Shown one piece after another: positions 21,913-34,980 of a DNA stretch of 64,000 nt. The position numbers were made by a program, and so were the translations under genes. How positions within the stretch are numbered: position 1 is the first letter of the stretch; each line of letters begins with the position of its first letter. Under the pieces are notes generated by a model, which had not been told where the DNA came from, searched no databases, and saw only the letters and a program-made list of their open reading frames with translations. Source of the stretch: Alphaproteobacteria bacterium (GTDB lineage Bacteria; Pseudomonadota; Alphaproteobacteria; GCA-2731375); NCBI GenBank assembly GCA_965225945.1, contig CBDDBZ010000039.1, forward strand, positions 448,001-512,000, given 5' to 3'.

Positions 21913-22920
21913 CTAGCGGAGCTTGACCACCTGCTTGCCGAAGTTCTCCCCCTTGAGCATGCGGATGAAGGCCTTGGGCGTGTTCTCGAGCCCCTCCATC
22001 ACGTCTTCCCGGTAGGTGATTTCCCCGGCGGCAAGCCAATCCGACATCTCGCGGCGGAATTCGGGCAGCCGGTCGAAATGGTCGGAGACGATGAAGCCCT
22101 GCAAGCGGATGCGATAGCGGACCACGTTGAAGAGATACTTTATGCCCTCCGACTCCTCCAGGTTGTACTGACTCACCATGCCGCAGGCGACGATCCGGGC
22201 GTGGAAGTTGCAGAGTTGCAGCACCGCGTCCAGCATCTCGCCCCCGACGTTTTCGAAATAGACGTCGATGCCGTCGGGGCAATGGGCGGCCAGCGCAGCG
22301 TGGAGCGGCCCGGCGTCACGGTAGTTGAAGGCGGCATCGAAGCCCAGCTCATGCTTGACGAAGGCCACCTTGTCGTCGCGCCCGGCGGTGGCGACGACGC
22401 GCGCGCCGGCGCGCTTGGCGAGCTGTCCCGCGATCTGCCCGACGGCGCCGGAGGCGGCGGAGATCACCACGGTCTCGCCTTCCCTGGGCTCGCCGATGTC
22501 GCCCATGCCGACCCAGGCGGTCATCCCCGGCATGCCGAGGACGCCCAGATAGTGCGACAGCGGGGCGGCATCGGGCTCCAGCTTCATCAGGCCCCGGCCC
22601 TCCACGATCCGGCTCCGGTCCGCCCAGGCGAGCATGCCCTGGACGATATCGCCCTCCCGGTAGGCGGCGTTGCGGCTCGCCACCACCCGGCCGACACCGC
22701 CGCCGACGACCGGCTCGCCCAGCGGGAAGGGCGGCACGTAGGACTTGGTGTCCCGCATCCGGCCCCGCATGTAGGGATCGACCGAGAGATAGTGCGCCTC
22801 GACGATGACGTCGTTCGCCCCCGGTTCCGGCCCCGCGCTCTCGCGCAGGATGAAGTTCGCTTCGCTCACCCAACCCTCGGGCCGGCTGTCGAGGATGATT
22901 TCGCGGTTGCGCGCGCTCAT
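21913..22920 (-). CDS. NADP-dependent oxidoreductase (CurA/PTGR-like)
   Basis: YLSVDPYMRGRM, LGMPGMTA, SAASGAVG, GIDVYFENVGG, GENFGK. Confidence 0.94.
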   Translation of the reverse strand: MSARNREIILDSRPEGWVSEANFILRESAGPEPGANDVIVEAHYLSVDPYMRGRMRDTKSYVPPFPLGEPVVGGGVGRVVASRNAAYREGDIVQGMLAWADRSRIVEGRGLMKLEPDAAPLSHYLGVLGMPGMTAWVGMGDIGEPREGETVVISAASGAVGQIAGQLAKRAGARVVATAGRDDKVAFVKHELGFDAAFNYRDAGPLHAALAAHCPDGIDVYFENVGGEMLDAVLQLCNFHARIVACGMVSQYNLEESEGIKYLFNVVRYRIRLQGFIVSDHFDRLPEFRREMSDWLAAGEITYREDVMEGLENTPKAFIRMLKGENFGKQVVKLR

Positions 22921-23330
22921 GATGCCAGCCTCGCCACGGGCAGGGTGAGTTCCTTGGTCACGTCCTCGAAGGTGATCTCGATCCGCTTTCCGAGCGCGAG
23001 GTCGGCCCTCTCGGCGTCCCTGAGCGGGCATTGCAGCCGCACCCCTTCCTCCAGGTCGACCGTCACCAGGGTGATCGGCAGGTCGGCCTCGAAGCCGGCG
23101 TGGAAGGGATGATGGGTCTCGGTCCAACTATGCACCGCGCCCTTGCGCGAAGCCTCGATCCACGTCACCTCGAAGGAATGGCAGGCATCGCAGAGCGGCC
23201 GAGGATAATGCCGCACCTTGCCGCAGGCCCCGCAGCGCTGCAGCACCAGCACGTGCCGGCGCAGGCCGTCCCAATAGGGCTGGCTGTCGGCGGTCGGACA
23301 TGGTAGGGGCTTCTCGTAGGCTTGGCTCAC
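22917..23330 (-). CDS. Zn-ribbon/OB-fold (DUF35-type) protein
   Basis: PYWDG, CxxC...YPR-x-x-CxxC, VDLEEG; GTG start directly after the thiolase. Confidence 0.9.
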   Translation of the reverse strand: MSQAYEKPLPCPTADSQPYWDGLRRHVLVLQRCGACGKVRHYPRPLCDACHSFEVTWIEASRKGAVHSWTETHHPFHAGFEADLPITLVTVDLEEGVRLQCPLRDAERADLALGKRIEITFEDVTKELTLPVARLAS

Positions 23331-23335
23331 GCGCG

Positions 23336-24487
23336 CTACCTCCTCAGGATGGCGAGCGAGCCGTCGCCGAGGTCGCCATAGCCGGTGACGAGGCCGATCT
23401 CGGCGTCCACCACCTGGGCCTCGCCGCCCTCGCCCCGGAGCTGGCGGGCAAGTTCGTGGATGTGATTCATGCCGGCCAGGTGGGCCTGGCTCAAGAGGCC
23501 GCCGTGGGTGTTGATCGGCAGCGCGCCGCCGAGCCCGATGCGCCCGTCCTGGACAAACTCGCCGCCCTCGCCCTTCTCGCAGAAGCCCAGATCCTCGAGC
23601 TGGCAGAGCACGATGTAGGTGAAGCAGTCGTAGATCTCGGCGACGTCGACGTCGGCGCGCTCGATGCCCGCCATCTCGAAGGCCTTGGGCGCGGCCTTCG
23701 CGGTGCCGAGCCTGGTGAGATCGGGGCGTTGGGTGATTACGCTGGGGGAAGCGGGGTGCCCCTCGGCGACGCCCATGATGTAAATTGGCCGCTTGGCCAT
23801 GTCCTTGGCCCGCTCGGCCGAGCTCACCACGATGGCGCAGCCGCCGTCGCTCTCCAGGCTGCAATCGAACAGCCGGAAGGGGTCCGAGATCATCCGCGAG
23901 TTCTGGTGATCCTCGACCGTCATCGGCTTTACCATGATGGCGTTGTCGTTCAGTTGCGCGTGCCGGCGCATGGTGACGGCGATCTCGGCGAACTGCCGGC
24001 TGGTGGTGCCGTGCAGTTCCATGTGGCGGCGCGCCATGGGGGCGTAAAGCTGCGGCGGCGCGATCGCCCCCGACGGCATCTCGAACTCGGCTACGGTCTT
24101 GAACTGCGGCATCTGGCTTACCCGGGCGCCGATCCGGCCGCCGGAATAGCCGGTGCGGCCGAGCGCGATCAGCACGTGGTTGGCGAGGCCGCAGGAGGTG
24201 ACCATCAGCGCCGTCTGCAAGGCGGCGACGGCGCTGGCGCCGCCCATCGGCGTGGTCGCCGAATAGCGCAGGTCCTCGATCCCGAAATTGGTGATGAAAT
24301 CCTCGGCGACCGTGGTGCCGGCGGCATAGGGGATGACGGCGTCGATGTCCTGGGGCGAGAGGCCGGCGTCCCGAATGGCGGTGAGCGATGCCTCTAGCGC
24401 CAGCGCCACCTGGCTCTTCTCGGTGCCCCGGGTATAGCGCGTCTCGCCGATCCCGGTGATGCAGGCCTTTTCGCTGAGCGCCTTCAT
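23336..24487 (-). CDS. Thiolase-like (SCP2/lipid-transfer type) protein
   Basis: ITGIGET, DCSLESDGG, EIYDCFT, NTHGGLLS. Confidence 0.92.
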   Translation of the reverse strand: MKALSEKACITGIGETRYTRGTEKSQVALALEASLTAIRDAGLSPQDIDAVIPYAAGTTVAEDFITNFGIEDLRYSATTPMGGASAVAALQTALMVTSCGLANHVLIALGRTGYSGGRIGARVSQMPQFKTVAEFEMPSGAIAPPQLYAPMARRHMELHGTTSRQFAEIAVTMRRHAQLNDNAIMVKPMTVEDHQNSRMISDPFRLFDCSLESDGGCAIVVSSAERAKDMAKRPIYIMGVAEGHPASPSVITQRPDLTRLGTAKAAPKAFEMAGIERADVDVAEIYDCFTYIVLCQLEDLGFCEKGEGGEFVQDGRIGLGGALPINTHGGLLSQAHLAGMNHIHELARQLRGEGGEAQVVDAEIGLVTGYGDLGDGSLAILRR

Positions 24488-24642
24488 GGGCTGTCCCCTC
24501 TCGTCGTTGGCCCTATTCGCGCGGCGGATTGTCCACGGGACGGCACGGCCCCGCAAGCCCATCGTCCCAGTTCGTCGCCCCTGGGTAATGCCGACAGAGG
24601 TAAATCCGAGGGCGAGTCGCTTGTAGGGACGGAAGGTATAAT

Positions 24643-26868
24643 TCAGGTGAACTTGTTGTCGCGGGGAAAGCCCTTGGGCGCCAGGCGGCCGGCGGCCCCG
24701 CGCTTGCCGAGCCAGGGCGAGAGATCGCTCTCCGTCCGGATCCGCCCGCCCGCCTGGCGCCAGCTCAGCCCTTGGGCCAGGGTGAAGCTCCGGGCATCCG
24801 AGAGTCCGCCGTCCTTGTAGCGCTGCAGGCGCACGCCGCGCCCGCGCGTCATCTCCGGCAACTGCTCCAGCGAGAAAATCGCCAGCTTGCGGTTATCGCC
24901 CACGACGGCCAGGTGATCGCCTTCGAGGGGGGTCGCGACCTGGGCCTCCTCGCCCGTGGCCGGGTTCAAAACCTGCTTGCCGGCGCGGGTCTGTGCCAGG
25001 ACCTGGTCTTCCTCGACGATGAAGCCGCGGCCGTCGCTGGAAGCCACCAGCAAGCGGCGGCCGGGCCGGTGGACCATCAGCGCCACGATATCCTCGTCGT
25101 TGCCGAGATCGACCATCAGCCGCACCGGCTCGCCTTGGCCCCGGCCACCGGAAAGCTTGTCGCCCTCGAGCGTATAGAAGCGGCCGTTGGTGGCGAAGAC
25201 GACGATGCGGTCCGTGGTCTCGGCGTGGAGCCAGAAGCGACCGCGATCGCCTTCCTTGTAGCGAACGTCCGGCCCCTCCGCGAGATGGCCGCGAATGGCG
25301 CGGATCCACCCCATCTGCGAGCAGATGACGGTGATCGGCTCTCTTTCGATCAGGGATTCCGGCAGGGTCTCGTCGAACTCCGGCGCGGCCTCGATGGTGG
25401 TCCGCCGCGCCTGGCCCGGGCCATCGCCGCCGAAGCGCTTGCGCATCTCGCGGATCTCGTCGGCGACGACGCGCCAGCGGCCCGCCTCGTCGCCGAGCAA
25501 GGCGTCGAGCTCGCCCCGCTCCTCCAGGAGGGCGGCGTGTTCCTTAGCGATCTCGATCTCTTCCAAACGGCGCAACGCGCGGAGCCGCATGTCGAGAATC
25601 GCCTCGACCTGAGTGGGGTTGAGCTCGAAGCGCGCCATCATCACCGCCTTCGGCTCATCCTCCTCTCGGACGATACGGATCACCTCGTCGAGATTGAGGT
25701 AGGCGACGAGATAGCCCTCGAGGATCTCGAGCCGGCGCGCGATTTGCGCCAGGCGATGGCGGGTGCGCCGCACCAGCACCTCGTCGCGGTGATCGAGGAA
25801 GGCGTTCAACACCTCGCGCAGCCCCATCTGCCGGGGCGTCTGGTCCGCGTCCAACACGTTCATATTGAGCGGGAAGCGTACCTCCAGCTCGGTCTGGCGG
25901 AAGAGCTGCTGCATCAACAACTCCGCCGGGACCTTGCCGTTGCGCGGCTCCAGCACCAGGCGGATGTCCTCCGCCGACTCATCGCGGACATCGCCCAGCA
26001 GCGGCAGTTTCTTCCGCGCCAACAGCTCCGCGATCTTCTCGACGATGCGGGCCTTCGCCACCTGATAGGGGATTTCGGAGACGACGATGGCGTAGGTGCC
26101 GCGCTTGCCGGACTCGACCTCCCAGCGCGCGCGGAGGCGAAAGCCGCCCCGACCGCTCCCGTAGGCCTGGCGGATGCTCTCCGCAGCCTCGATCAGGACG
26201 CCGCCGGTCGGAAAGTCGGGGCCCGGCACGAACTTGATCAGCGTGTCGGTGCTGGCGTTGCGGTGCTTGATCAGATGCAGTAGCGCGCCCGAAAGCTCGC
26301 CGACGTTGTGCGGCGGGATGCTGGTCGCCATGCCGACGGCAATGCCGGTGGCGCCGTTCGCCAACAGGTTGGGAAAGGCCGCCGGCAGGACCACCGGCTC
26401 CTCTTCCTCGCCGTCGTAGGTCTCGCGAAAGTCGACGGTGTCCTGGTCGATTCCCTCCAGCAGGGCCTCGGCCACCTCGGTCAGGCGGGCTTCGGTGTAA
26501 CGCATGGCGGCGGCGTTGTCGCCGTCGACGTTGCCGAAGTTGCCCTGGCCGTCCACCAGGGGATAGCGCTGGGCGAACTCCTGCGCCAGGCGCACCAGCG
26601 CGTCGTAGATCGCGCTGTCGCCGTGCGGGTGATATTTGCCCATGGTGTCGCCAACGATGCGGGCGCATTTCTTGAAGCCCGACTTCGGGTCCAGCTTCAT
26701 CTCCCGCATGGCATGCAGCAGACGCCGGTGCACCGGCTTCAGTCCGTCGCGCACGTCGGGCAGGGAACGCGACATGATCGTGGACAGCGCGTAGTTCAAA
26801 TAACGCTCGCTCAACGCCTCGGCGAGCGGCGCCTCGCGAATTTCCCCGGCTTCGATGATGTCGCTCAT
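24643..26868 (-). CDS. parC: DNA topoisomerase IV subunit A
   Basis: [35 protein letters not shown]; alphaproteobacterial ParC C-terminus. Confidence 0.97.
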   Translation of the reverse strand: MSDIIEAGEIREAPLAEALSERYLNYALSTIMSRSLPDVRDGLKPVHRRLLHAMREMKLDPKSGFKKCARIVGDTMGKYHPHGDSAIYDALVRLAQEFAQRYPLVDGQGNFGNVDGDNAAAMRYTEARLTEVAEALLEGIDQDTVDFRETYDGEEEEPVVLPAAFPNLLANGATGIAVGMATSIPPHNVGELSGALLHLIKHRNASTDTLIKFVPGPDFPTGGVLIEAAESIRQAYGSGRGGFRLRARWEVESGKRGTYAIVVSEIPYQVAKARIVEKIAELLARKKLPLLGDVRDESAEDIRLVLEPRNGKVPAELLMQQLFRQTELEVRFPLNMNVLDADQTPRQMGLREVLNAFLDHRDEVLVRRTRHRLAQIARRLEILEGYLVAYLNLDEVIRIVREEDEPKAVMMARFELNPTQVEAILDMRLRALRRLEEIEIAKEHAALLEERGELDALLGDEAGRWRVVADEIREMRKRFGGDGPGQARRTTIEAAPEFDETLPESLIEREPITVICSQMGWIRAIRGHLAEGPDVRYKEGDRGRFWLHAETTDRIVVFATNGRFYTLEGDKLSGGRGQGEPVRLMVDLGNDEDIVALMVHRPGRRLLVASSDGRGFIVEEDQVLAQTRAGKQVLNPATGEEAQVATPLEGDHLAVVGDNRKLAIFSLEQLPEMTRGRGVRLQRYKDGGLSDARSFTLAQGLSWRQAGGRIRTESDLSPWLGKRGAAGRLAPKGFPRDNKFT

Positions 26869-26885
26869 GGGCGCAGTATATCACC

Positions 26886-27620
26886 CTATGTTGTGGCGAG
26901 TTTCAAAAATTGTTCTACCAGTCGTAGCCGCGCGTCCGGCATCGGCTTGTTGGCCATGGCGAGCACGTGGTGCTCCAGGAAATGTCCGGTGAGAGCAAGG
27001 CCGTCATTGACGTCGCCAGACGTCAACCCGCCCGATTGCGCGCCCAGCAGGAATCCGGGCAGGCGGAACAGGCGCTCCTTCCACGCCGCGCCCGCCTCGG
27101 CGGTCACCGCGCGGCCGGATTTGGGTGAGACATAGGCCAGGCCCTCGCGCGCGCCGGTGAGCGCACAGGCCGAGAGGTCGAGTCCGAAACCGAGTTCTCG
27201 TAGCAATCCGAGCTCGAAACGAACCAGGACCGCCGGCCAGACCTCCGAGCCTTCCATGGTCTCCAGCAGGCTCGCCATCGCCTCGAAGAGCACCGGATGG
27301 GCCTCGCGTTCGGGCAGCGTCGCCTCGAGGAGGGCGCAGGTCGACTGCAGGCCGACGAGGGCGAGGGAATCGTCCAAGAGGCGGGCGCCACTCGCCGCCA
27401 CCGGCTCGATCCTATAGGCGCCCAGATGGTCCGCCAGTCGGGCTCGCCAGGTGGCCTCGACCCGGTTGCCGGGCTGCATCTCGCCGGCTCGCCTGGGCCC
27501 GGCGGCGCCCCGCGCCAGCCCCGCGTGCCGCCCGTGTTCGCGGGTCAACAGGCTCAGCACCAGAGAGGATTCACCGTGCCGTCTGCCGGAAAGAATAATG
27601 CCCTCGTCGGTCCACTGCAT
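26886..27620 (-). CDS. recO: DNA repair protein RecO
   Basis: MQWTDEGIIL...HGE, WRARLADHLG, LGFGLDL, YVSPKSGRAV. Confidence 0.96.
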   Translation of the reverse strand: MQWTDEGIILSGRRHGESSLVLSLLTREHGRHAGLARGAAGPRRAGEMQPGNRVEATWRARLADHLGAYRIEPVAASGARLLDDSLALVGLQSTCALLEATLPEREAHPVLFEAMASLLETMEGSEVWPAVLVRFELGLLRELGFGLDLSACALTGAREGLAYVSPKSGRAVTAEAGAAWKERLFRLPGFLLGAQSGGLTSGDVNDGLALTGHFLEHHVLAMANKPMPDARLRLVEQFLKLATT

Positions 27621-27643
27621 GGGTGCCCAGACCCCTCCGTCCA

Positions 27644-27832
27644 TCAGTACGGGTCGATCTCGCGCCGTTGCTCCTCCAGCCGATACTGGCTCGGCGCGTC
27701 GACCGCCCGGAGGGCCGCCAGCAACCAGCCGATCGGGGTGAATTGGAGAATGGCGCGGATGATGCTGGCGATCGGCCTGCGAATCGTGAAGAAGAGAAGG
27801 AAGGGAAGCAGAATGGCGACGATGATGCGCAC
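27644..27832 (-). CDS. YqaE/Pmp3-like small membrane protein, possibly degenerate
   Basis: RIIVAILLPFLLFFTI-x-RP...ILQ...IGWL; charged residues interrupt the second helix. Confidence 0.55.
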   Translation of the reverse strand: MRIIVAILLPFLLFFTIRRPIASIIRAILQFTPIGWLLAALRAVDAPSQYRLEEQRREIDPY

Positions 27833-27874
27833 GGCCAAGTCCTTCGTTCACCGCGAACGTCCCCGGTAGCCGAT

Positions 27875-28801
27875 TCAGCGGGGATAATCCAGCCCCATTT
27901 CCCGGTAGCGCTCGGGATCGTCGGTCCAATCGGGGCGGACCTTGACGAAGAAGAAGAGGTGGATCCGGCGATCGAAGACCCGTTGCATCTCCTCCCGCGC
28001 CAGCGCGCCGATCCGCTTCGCCGTCTCGCCCCGCTTCCCGAGGATGATGCCCTTATGCCCGTCCCGGGAAACGTAGATCACCTGCTCGATGCGCGCCGAG
28101 CCGTCCTTCAGATCGCGCCACGCCTCGGTCTCCACCGTCAGTGCGTAAGGCAACTCCTGGCGGAGCTCCAGGAACAACCGCTCGCGCGTGATCTCGGCCG
28201 CCAGCAGCCGCTCGGGGATATCGGCGAGTTGGTCCTCCGGATAGAGCCAGACGCTTTCCGGCATCTGGGCGGCGAGATGCGCCTCCAGGTCCGCCACGCC
28301 GTCGCCGTTCAGCGCCGAGATCATGAAGATATCGGAGAAGATGGCTTGGGCGTCGTACTCGGCGGCGAGTTCCAGCAGGCTCGCGCGGGGCACCGTGTCG
28401 ACCTTGTTCAGCGCCAGGACGGCCCGGCCGCCGGCCCGCTTCAAGCCGGCGATGATCGAGCCCGTGTCGCCCGCCCGGCGGCGCTTGGCGTCGACCAGCA
28501 GCAGGACCAGGTCGGCAGCCTCCGCCCCGCCCCAGGCGGCCCGCACCATCGCCCGCTCCAGCCGCTTCTTGGCCTGGCGGAAGATCCCCGGCGTGTCGAC
28601 GAAGATGAGCTGCGTGCGGCCCCGGATCGCGATCGCCGTGACCCGCGCCCGGGTCGTCTGCACCTTGGGCGTGACGATCGAGACCTTCTGCCCGACCAGG
28701 CGGTTAACCAGCGTGGACTTGCCCGCGTTGGGGGCGCCGACGACGGCGACGTGGCCGCAGCGCGTCGGCCCGTCGTCGGTCGGGGCCGCCGCTTCATTCA
28801 C
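27875..28801 (-). CDS. era: GTPase Era
   Basis: GAPNAGKST, KVQTTR, DTPG, NKVD, KH domain. Confidence 0.97.
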   Translation of the reverse strand: MNEAAAPTDDGPTRCGHVAVVGAPNAGKSTLVNRLVGQKVSIVTPKVQTTRARVTAIAIRGRTQLIFVDTPGIFRQAKKRLERAMVRAAWGGAEAADLVLLLVDAKRRRAGDTGSIIAGLKRAGGRAVLALNKVDTVPRASLLELAAEYDAQAIFSDIFMISALNGDGVADLEAHLAAQMPESVWLYPEDQLADIPERLLAAEITRERLFLELRQELPYALTVETEAWRDLKDGSARIEQVIYVSRDGHKGIILGKRGETAKRIGALAREEMQRVFDRRIHLFFFVKVRPDWTDDPERYREMGLDYPR

Positions 28802-29477
28802 CGAGCGTCTCCAACATGTCGACCGCCGCCGCCTGTTCCGCCGCGCGCTTGGAGCGGCCCCCGCCCCGGCTGCCGTCGCCATCCTCCAGCCGCACCTCGA
28901 CCGTGAACCGACGTTCGTGCGGCGGCCCGGAGGTCTCGACCAGGACATAGCTCGGCGGCGGCCCGCCATCGCGCTGCGCGCGCTCCTGCAGCCGGGTCTT
29001 GGGATCCTTCCGCGCCTCCGCCGCGCGCGCCAGCCGCCGCGCCCAGAGCTCGCGCACGACGGTCTTGGCGACCTCGAAGCCGGCATCGAGATAGACCGCG
29101 CCCAGCACCGCCTCCAAGGCGTTGGCCAGGATCGCGTTCTTGTCGCGCCCGCCGCCCTGGGCCTCGCCGCTCGCCAGGGTAAGCACCCGGCCGAGTTCGA
29201 TCTCGCGCGCCACCTCGGCCACGGTTTCCTTGCGCACGAGGGCGTTGAAGCGGACCGCCATGCCGCCGGCGTTGGCGGTTTCATCCGCCCGATAGACCTC
29301 GCCCGCGACCACCAGACCCAGGACCCGGTCGCCGAGGAACTCCAGCCGCTCATAGTCGCGACGCGGGCCTTGTCCGGAGCCGTAGCTCGGATGGGTGAGC
29401 GCCTCGCTCAGCAGTGTCGGATCACGAAATTGGTGGCCGAGCCGCCGCTCGAAATCCGTTGTCATCTCTTGTGCCAA
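28794..29477 (-). CDS. rnc: Ribonuclease III (alternative ATG at 29465)
   Basis: ALTHPS, ERLEFLGDRVL, dsRBD. Confidence 0.97.
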   Translation of the reverse strand: MAQEMTTDFERRLGHQFRDPTLLSEALTHPSYGSGQGPRRDYERLEFLGDRVLGLVVAGEVYRADETANAGGMAVRFNALVRKETVAEVAREIELGRVLTLASGEAQGGGRDKNAILANALEAVLGAVYLDAGFEVAKTVVRELWARRLARAAEARKDPKTRLQERAQRDGGPPPSYVLVETSGPPHERRFTVEVRLEDGDGSRGGGRSKRAAEQAAAVDMLETLGE

Positions 29478-29498
29478 AGGACATGAACCTCATCGACA

Positions 29499-30296
29499 TC
29501 AGCCGATCATGGAAAAAATTCGACGAAAGCGGATGGCTCGAGGCCACTTCCAGATCTCCCAGAGGGCGGCCGAATAGTCGGTCGAGAAGAACATCACGTC
29601 GGCCCTGCCCACCAGATTTTCGGCCGGAATGTAGCCGACCCCGCCATGGCGGGGCGCCACGCGACTGTCGATCGAGTTGTCCCGATGGTCGCCCATGGCG
29701 AAATAATGCCCCTTGGGCACGGTGAAGACCCCGGTGTCGTCGAGCTCGCCATTCGGAACGAGGTCGAGGGTATCGTGGCTCACGCCGTTCGGCAGGGTCT
29801 CCCGGTAGCGGGTGATCTCGCGGGCGCGGCCGTAGCTGTCGTGGTCGACGAAGGGCGCGATCCGCTCGCGCCGCACCGGCGCGCCGTTGATGTGCAGGAC
29901 GCCCCGCTTCACCTGGATGCGATCGCCGGGCAGGCCGACGATGCGCTTGATGTAGTCGGTCTCGTTGTCGCGGGGCAGCTTGAAGACGGCGACGTCGCCG
30001 CGCTCCGGCACGCTCTCGAGGATTCGTCCCGCTCCCAGGGGTGGGCTCAGGATCACCGAGTGGCGGGAATATCCGTAGCTGAACTTGGAGACAAAGATGT
30101 AGTCGCCGACCAGCAGGGTCGGCAGCATCGATTCCGAGGGTATGTTGAAGGGTTCGTAGGCGACGGTGCGGATCACCAGCGCGATGGCAAGGGCGTAGAC
30201 GATGGTCGTGACGAAGCCGCGAATGCCCTCCTTGGCCTTCGCCGGCGCGGCCACCGACGTCTCCTCGGGCGCGCCGTCTCGGGGCTGCTCGGTCAT
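29499..30296 (-). CDS. lepB: Signal peptidase I
   Basis: [33 protein letters not shown]-x-DSR. Confidence 0.97.
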   Translation of the reverse strand: MTEQPRDGAPEETSVAAPAKAKEGIRGFVTTIVYALAIALVIRTVAYEPFNIPSESMLPTLLVGDYIFVSKFSYGYSRHSVILSPPLGAGRILESVPERGDVAVFKLPRDNETDYIKRIVGLPGDRIQVKRGVLHINGAPVRRERIAPFVDHDSYGRAREITRYRETLPNGVSHDTLDLVPNGELDDTGVFTVPKGHYFAMGDHRDNSIDSRVAPRHGGVGYIPAENLVGRADVMFFSTDYSAALWEIWKWPRAIRFRRIFSMIG

Positions 30297-30727
30297 GATC
30301 GCTCGGAGGCCTCCGGCAGCAGAGAAATGATCACCAAGGCTTGCGCCAACGGCGGCTCGTCGGTGAGCGAGACTTCGATCCGCGCCGTCATGCCCGGAGG
30401 CGTCATCTCGGCCAGACGATCCCTGGCGCCACCGGTGAGCGCCACGCTCGGCTTCCCACCCACCAGATTGACCACGCCGATATCGACCTGGAACACACCC
30501 CGGCGAAAGCCCGTGCCGAGCGCCTTGGCGCAAGCCTCCTTGGCGGCCCAGCGCCGGGCGTAGGAGGCGCCGCGATTGCGCCGGCGGTCCGAGCGCTCGC
30601 GCTCGATGGAGGTGAAGCAGCGTTTGGTGAACCGATCCCCGAAACGATCGATGGTCGCCTCGATGCGCCGAATATCGGTGATGTCGATCCCGACGCCGAC
30701 GATACCGGGTAGAGTGAACGCCTCCAT
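30293..30727 (-). CDS. acpS: Holo-ACP synthase
   Basis: [25 protein letters not shown]. Confidence 0.96.
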   Translation of the reverse strand: MEAFTLPGIVGVGIDITDIRRIEATIDRFGDRFTKRCFTSIERERSDRRRNRGASYARRWAAKEACAKALGTGFRRGVFQVDIGVVNLVGGKPSVALTGGARDRLAEMTPPGMTARIEVSLTDEPPLAQALVIISLLPEASERS

Positions 30728-30744
30728 GGAGCCGTCGCCCCGCC

Positions 30745-31503
30745 TCACGCGGAGCGGCTGCCGGTAACCTCGGCGCGCGCCTGGTCCATCAGCGCCCGCA
30801 TGCGTTTGATGGAGCTGTCGAGACCGCCGAAGATCGCCTCGCCGACCAGGAAGTGACCGATATTAAGCTCGACGATGGTCGCAATTGCGGCGACGGGCCC
30901 CACGGTCTCGAAGCTGAGGCCGTGACCCGCGTGGCATTCGAGTCCCAGCGCCTCGGCCTGGCGCGCCGCCTCGACCAGGCGTCGGAGTTCGCGATCGCGT
31001 TCCGCGCCCGCCTCGACATCGCAGTAGGTGCCGGTGTGAATTTCCACCACCGGCGCGCCGAGCGCCTCGGCCACCGCGAGCTGCACCGGGTCGGGATCGA
31101 TGAACAGCGAGACCCGGATGCCGGCGCCGGTGAGCTTCTCGATATAGGGCCGGAGGTTGCGGTGTCCCATCGCCGCGTCGAGGCCGCCCTCGGTCGTCAA
31201 CTCCTCCCGCTTCTCTGGCACGAGGCAGCATGCGTGCGGCTGGTGACGGAGCGCGATCTCCAGCATCTCTTCGCTCGCCGCCATCTCGAGGTTGAGCGGC
31301 AGGTCGATCTCTTCCGAGAGGCGGGTGATGTCGGCGTCCGAGATGTGGCGGCGATCCTCGCGAAGATGCGCGGTGATCCCGTCGGCACCCGCCCGCGCGG
31401 CCAGCGCCGCGGCGCGGATCGGGTCCGGATGGCGCCCGCCGCGGGCGTTACGGATCGTCGCGACATGGTCGATGTTCACACCCAGGCGCAGCTTTCCACT
31501 CAT
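30745..31503 (-). CDS. pdxJ: Pyridoxine 5'-phosphate synthase
   Basis: [43 protein letters not shown]. Confidence 0.97.
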   Translation of the reverse strand: MSGKLRLGVNIDHVATIRNARGGRHPDPIRAAALAARAGADGITAHLREDRRHISDADITRLSEEIDLPLNLEMAASEEMLEIALRHQPHACCLVPEKREELTTEGGLDAAMGHRNLRPYIEKLTGAGIRVSLFIDPDPVQLAVAEALGAPVVEIHTGTYCDVEAGAERDRELRRLVEAARQAEALGLECHAGHGLSFETVGPVAAIATIVELNIGHFLVGEAIFGGLDSSIKRMRALMDQARAEVTGSRSA

Positions 31504-31539
31504 GCTCGTCACCTCTCTCGGAGCCCGCCGGCCGTCGGA

Positions 31540-32196
31540 TCAAGTATGTGGCACGTCGCCGCCCGAGGCGCCAGCCCTTTCGCGCCGCCGCTCGCGAGCG
31601 CGCGCACGTGCCTTCTGGTAGCCGGCGACCGCGCGTCTGAGCGGAAAATAGAACGCCACCCAGACCACGATGCCGACCGGCAGCGAGCCTACCAGCATCG
31701 GCCAGAAGATGTTCCTGACGGCATCGGCGAAAACCGCGCCGTCGATCTCTGACGCTCGGCGCGACGCCAGGCCGACCACCGCCATCACCCATGTCCCGAC
31801 CTCGTGCCAGAGTTGGTCGAACAGTGCCGCCAAGGTCTCCAACGCCGGCGCGCTCTCGAAATCCATGCCGAGGATCCAGACGCCGACATGGTAGAGCAGC
31901 GCCCAAATGAAGGGAAAAGTCCAGGGATTGCCCACGGCGGTGCCGAGGACCGACGACAGGATGCTGCATCGCGTCAGCCAGGCGGCCAAGCCCGCCAGGA
32001 CGAAGTGCAGTCCGACGAAGGGTGTGAACGATGCCGCGGCCCCCCAGGCGAAGCCGCCGGCGACCGCATAGGCGGTGCCCGGCATTCTGACGACGCGTTG
32101 GCGGTAGTAGCGGTAGGCTCGGCGGAATCCCATGCGCGGCCAGAGAAAATCGCGCAGCTTGGCGCCGGAGCCGAGGGGAACACGCCGACGGAACAT
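31540..32196 (-). CDS. DUF2062 membrane protein
   Basis: LWPRMGFRR, SFTPFVGLH, VGNPWTFP. Confidence 0.88.
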   Translation of the reverse strand: MFRRRVPLGSGAKLRDFLWPRMGFRRAYRYYRQRVVRMPGTAYAVAGGFAWGAAASFTPFVGLHFVLAGLAAWLTRCSILSSVLGTAVGNPWTFPFIWALLYHVGVWILGMDFESAPALETLAALFDQLWHEVGTWVMAVVGLASRRASEIDGAVFADAVRNIFWPMLVGSLPVGIVVWVAFYFPLRRAVAGYQKARARARERRRERAGASGGDVPHT

Positions 32197-32255
32197 ATCC
32201 GTGCTTCAGCAACGCGGGGCGCCGGCCGGGCGGGCTGAGCGGAGGCTCACCTCGC

Positions 32256-34406
<2,151 letters not shown>

Positions 34407-34526
34407 TGGCCGTCAGGCGACGTTCATGGGCTTTCGAAATCATGAAAGCAACGCACATGGAAAGCAAATTCGCCGGACCCATCCCCCGCGCGTCACGCGG
34501 CACCCGTTCGGCCTCCGCGCGACGGC

Positions 34527-34889
34527 TCAAGAGGGGGCCTGATCGTCCTCGGGCGGCGTGGTGGGAAGCGGCAACGGTGTCGGCACCCCCTCGCCGATCG
34601 CCTCGGCGGAGAACTGTTGCGTCAGGAGTTGAGACATATCCTCATCCTCCGGCTCGTCGACTTCCGCCAAGCTCTGCTGCCCGCTGATCAAGTCTTCGTT
34701 CAGCTTGTCGGCGGGGACCGTCCGCTCGGCGATCTCGCGCAACGCGATGACGGGATTCTTGTCGTTGTCTTCCGGCACCGTCGCCTGCTCGCCACCGGAG
34801 ATCTGGCGTGCCCGCGTGGCCGACATCAGAACCAGATCAAAGCGGTTCGGCACCTGGAGGATGCAGTCTTCCACCGTCACGCGGGCCAT
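34527..34889 (-). CDS. rpoZ: RNA polymerase omega subunit
   Basis: [29 protein letters not shown]. Confidence 0.97.
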   Translation of the reverse strand: MARVTVEDCILQVPNRFDLVLMSATRARQISGGEQATVPEDNDKNPVIALREIAERTVPADKLNEDLISGQQSLAEVDEPEDEDMSQLLTQQFSAEAIGEGVPTPLPLPTTPPEDDQAPS

Positions 34890-34980
34890 CTCGAAACCTC
34901 CGAACTCTCGAAGCACGCCCATTATTTAGGCCGCGTCTATATAGGCCGCGTCGCGGAGAGAGGCAAGCGGAACCGCTAGC

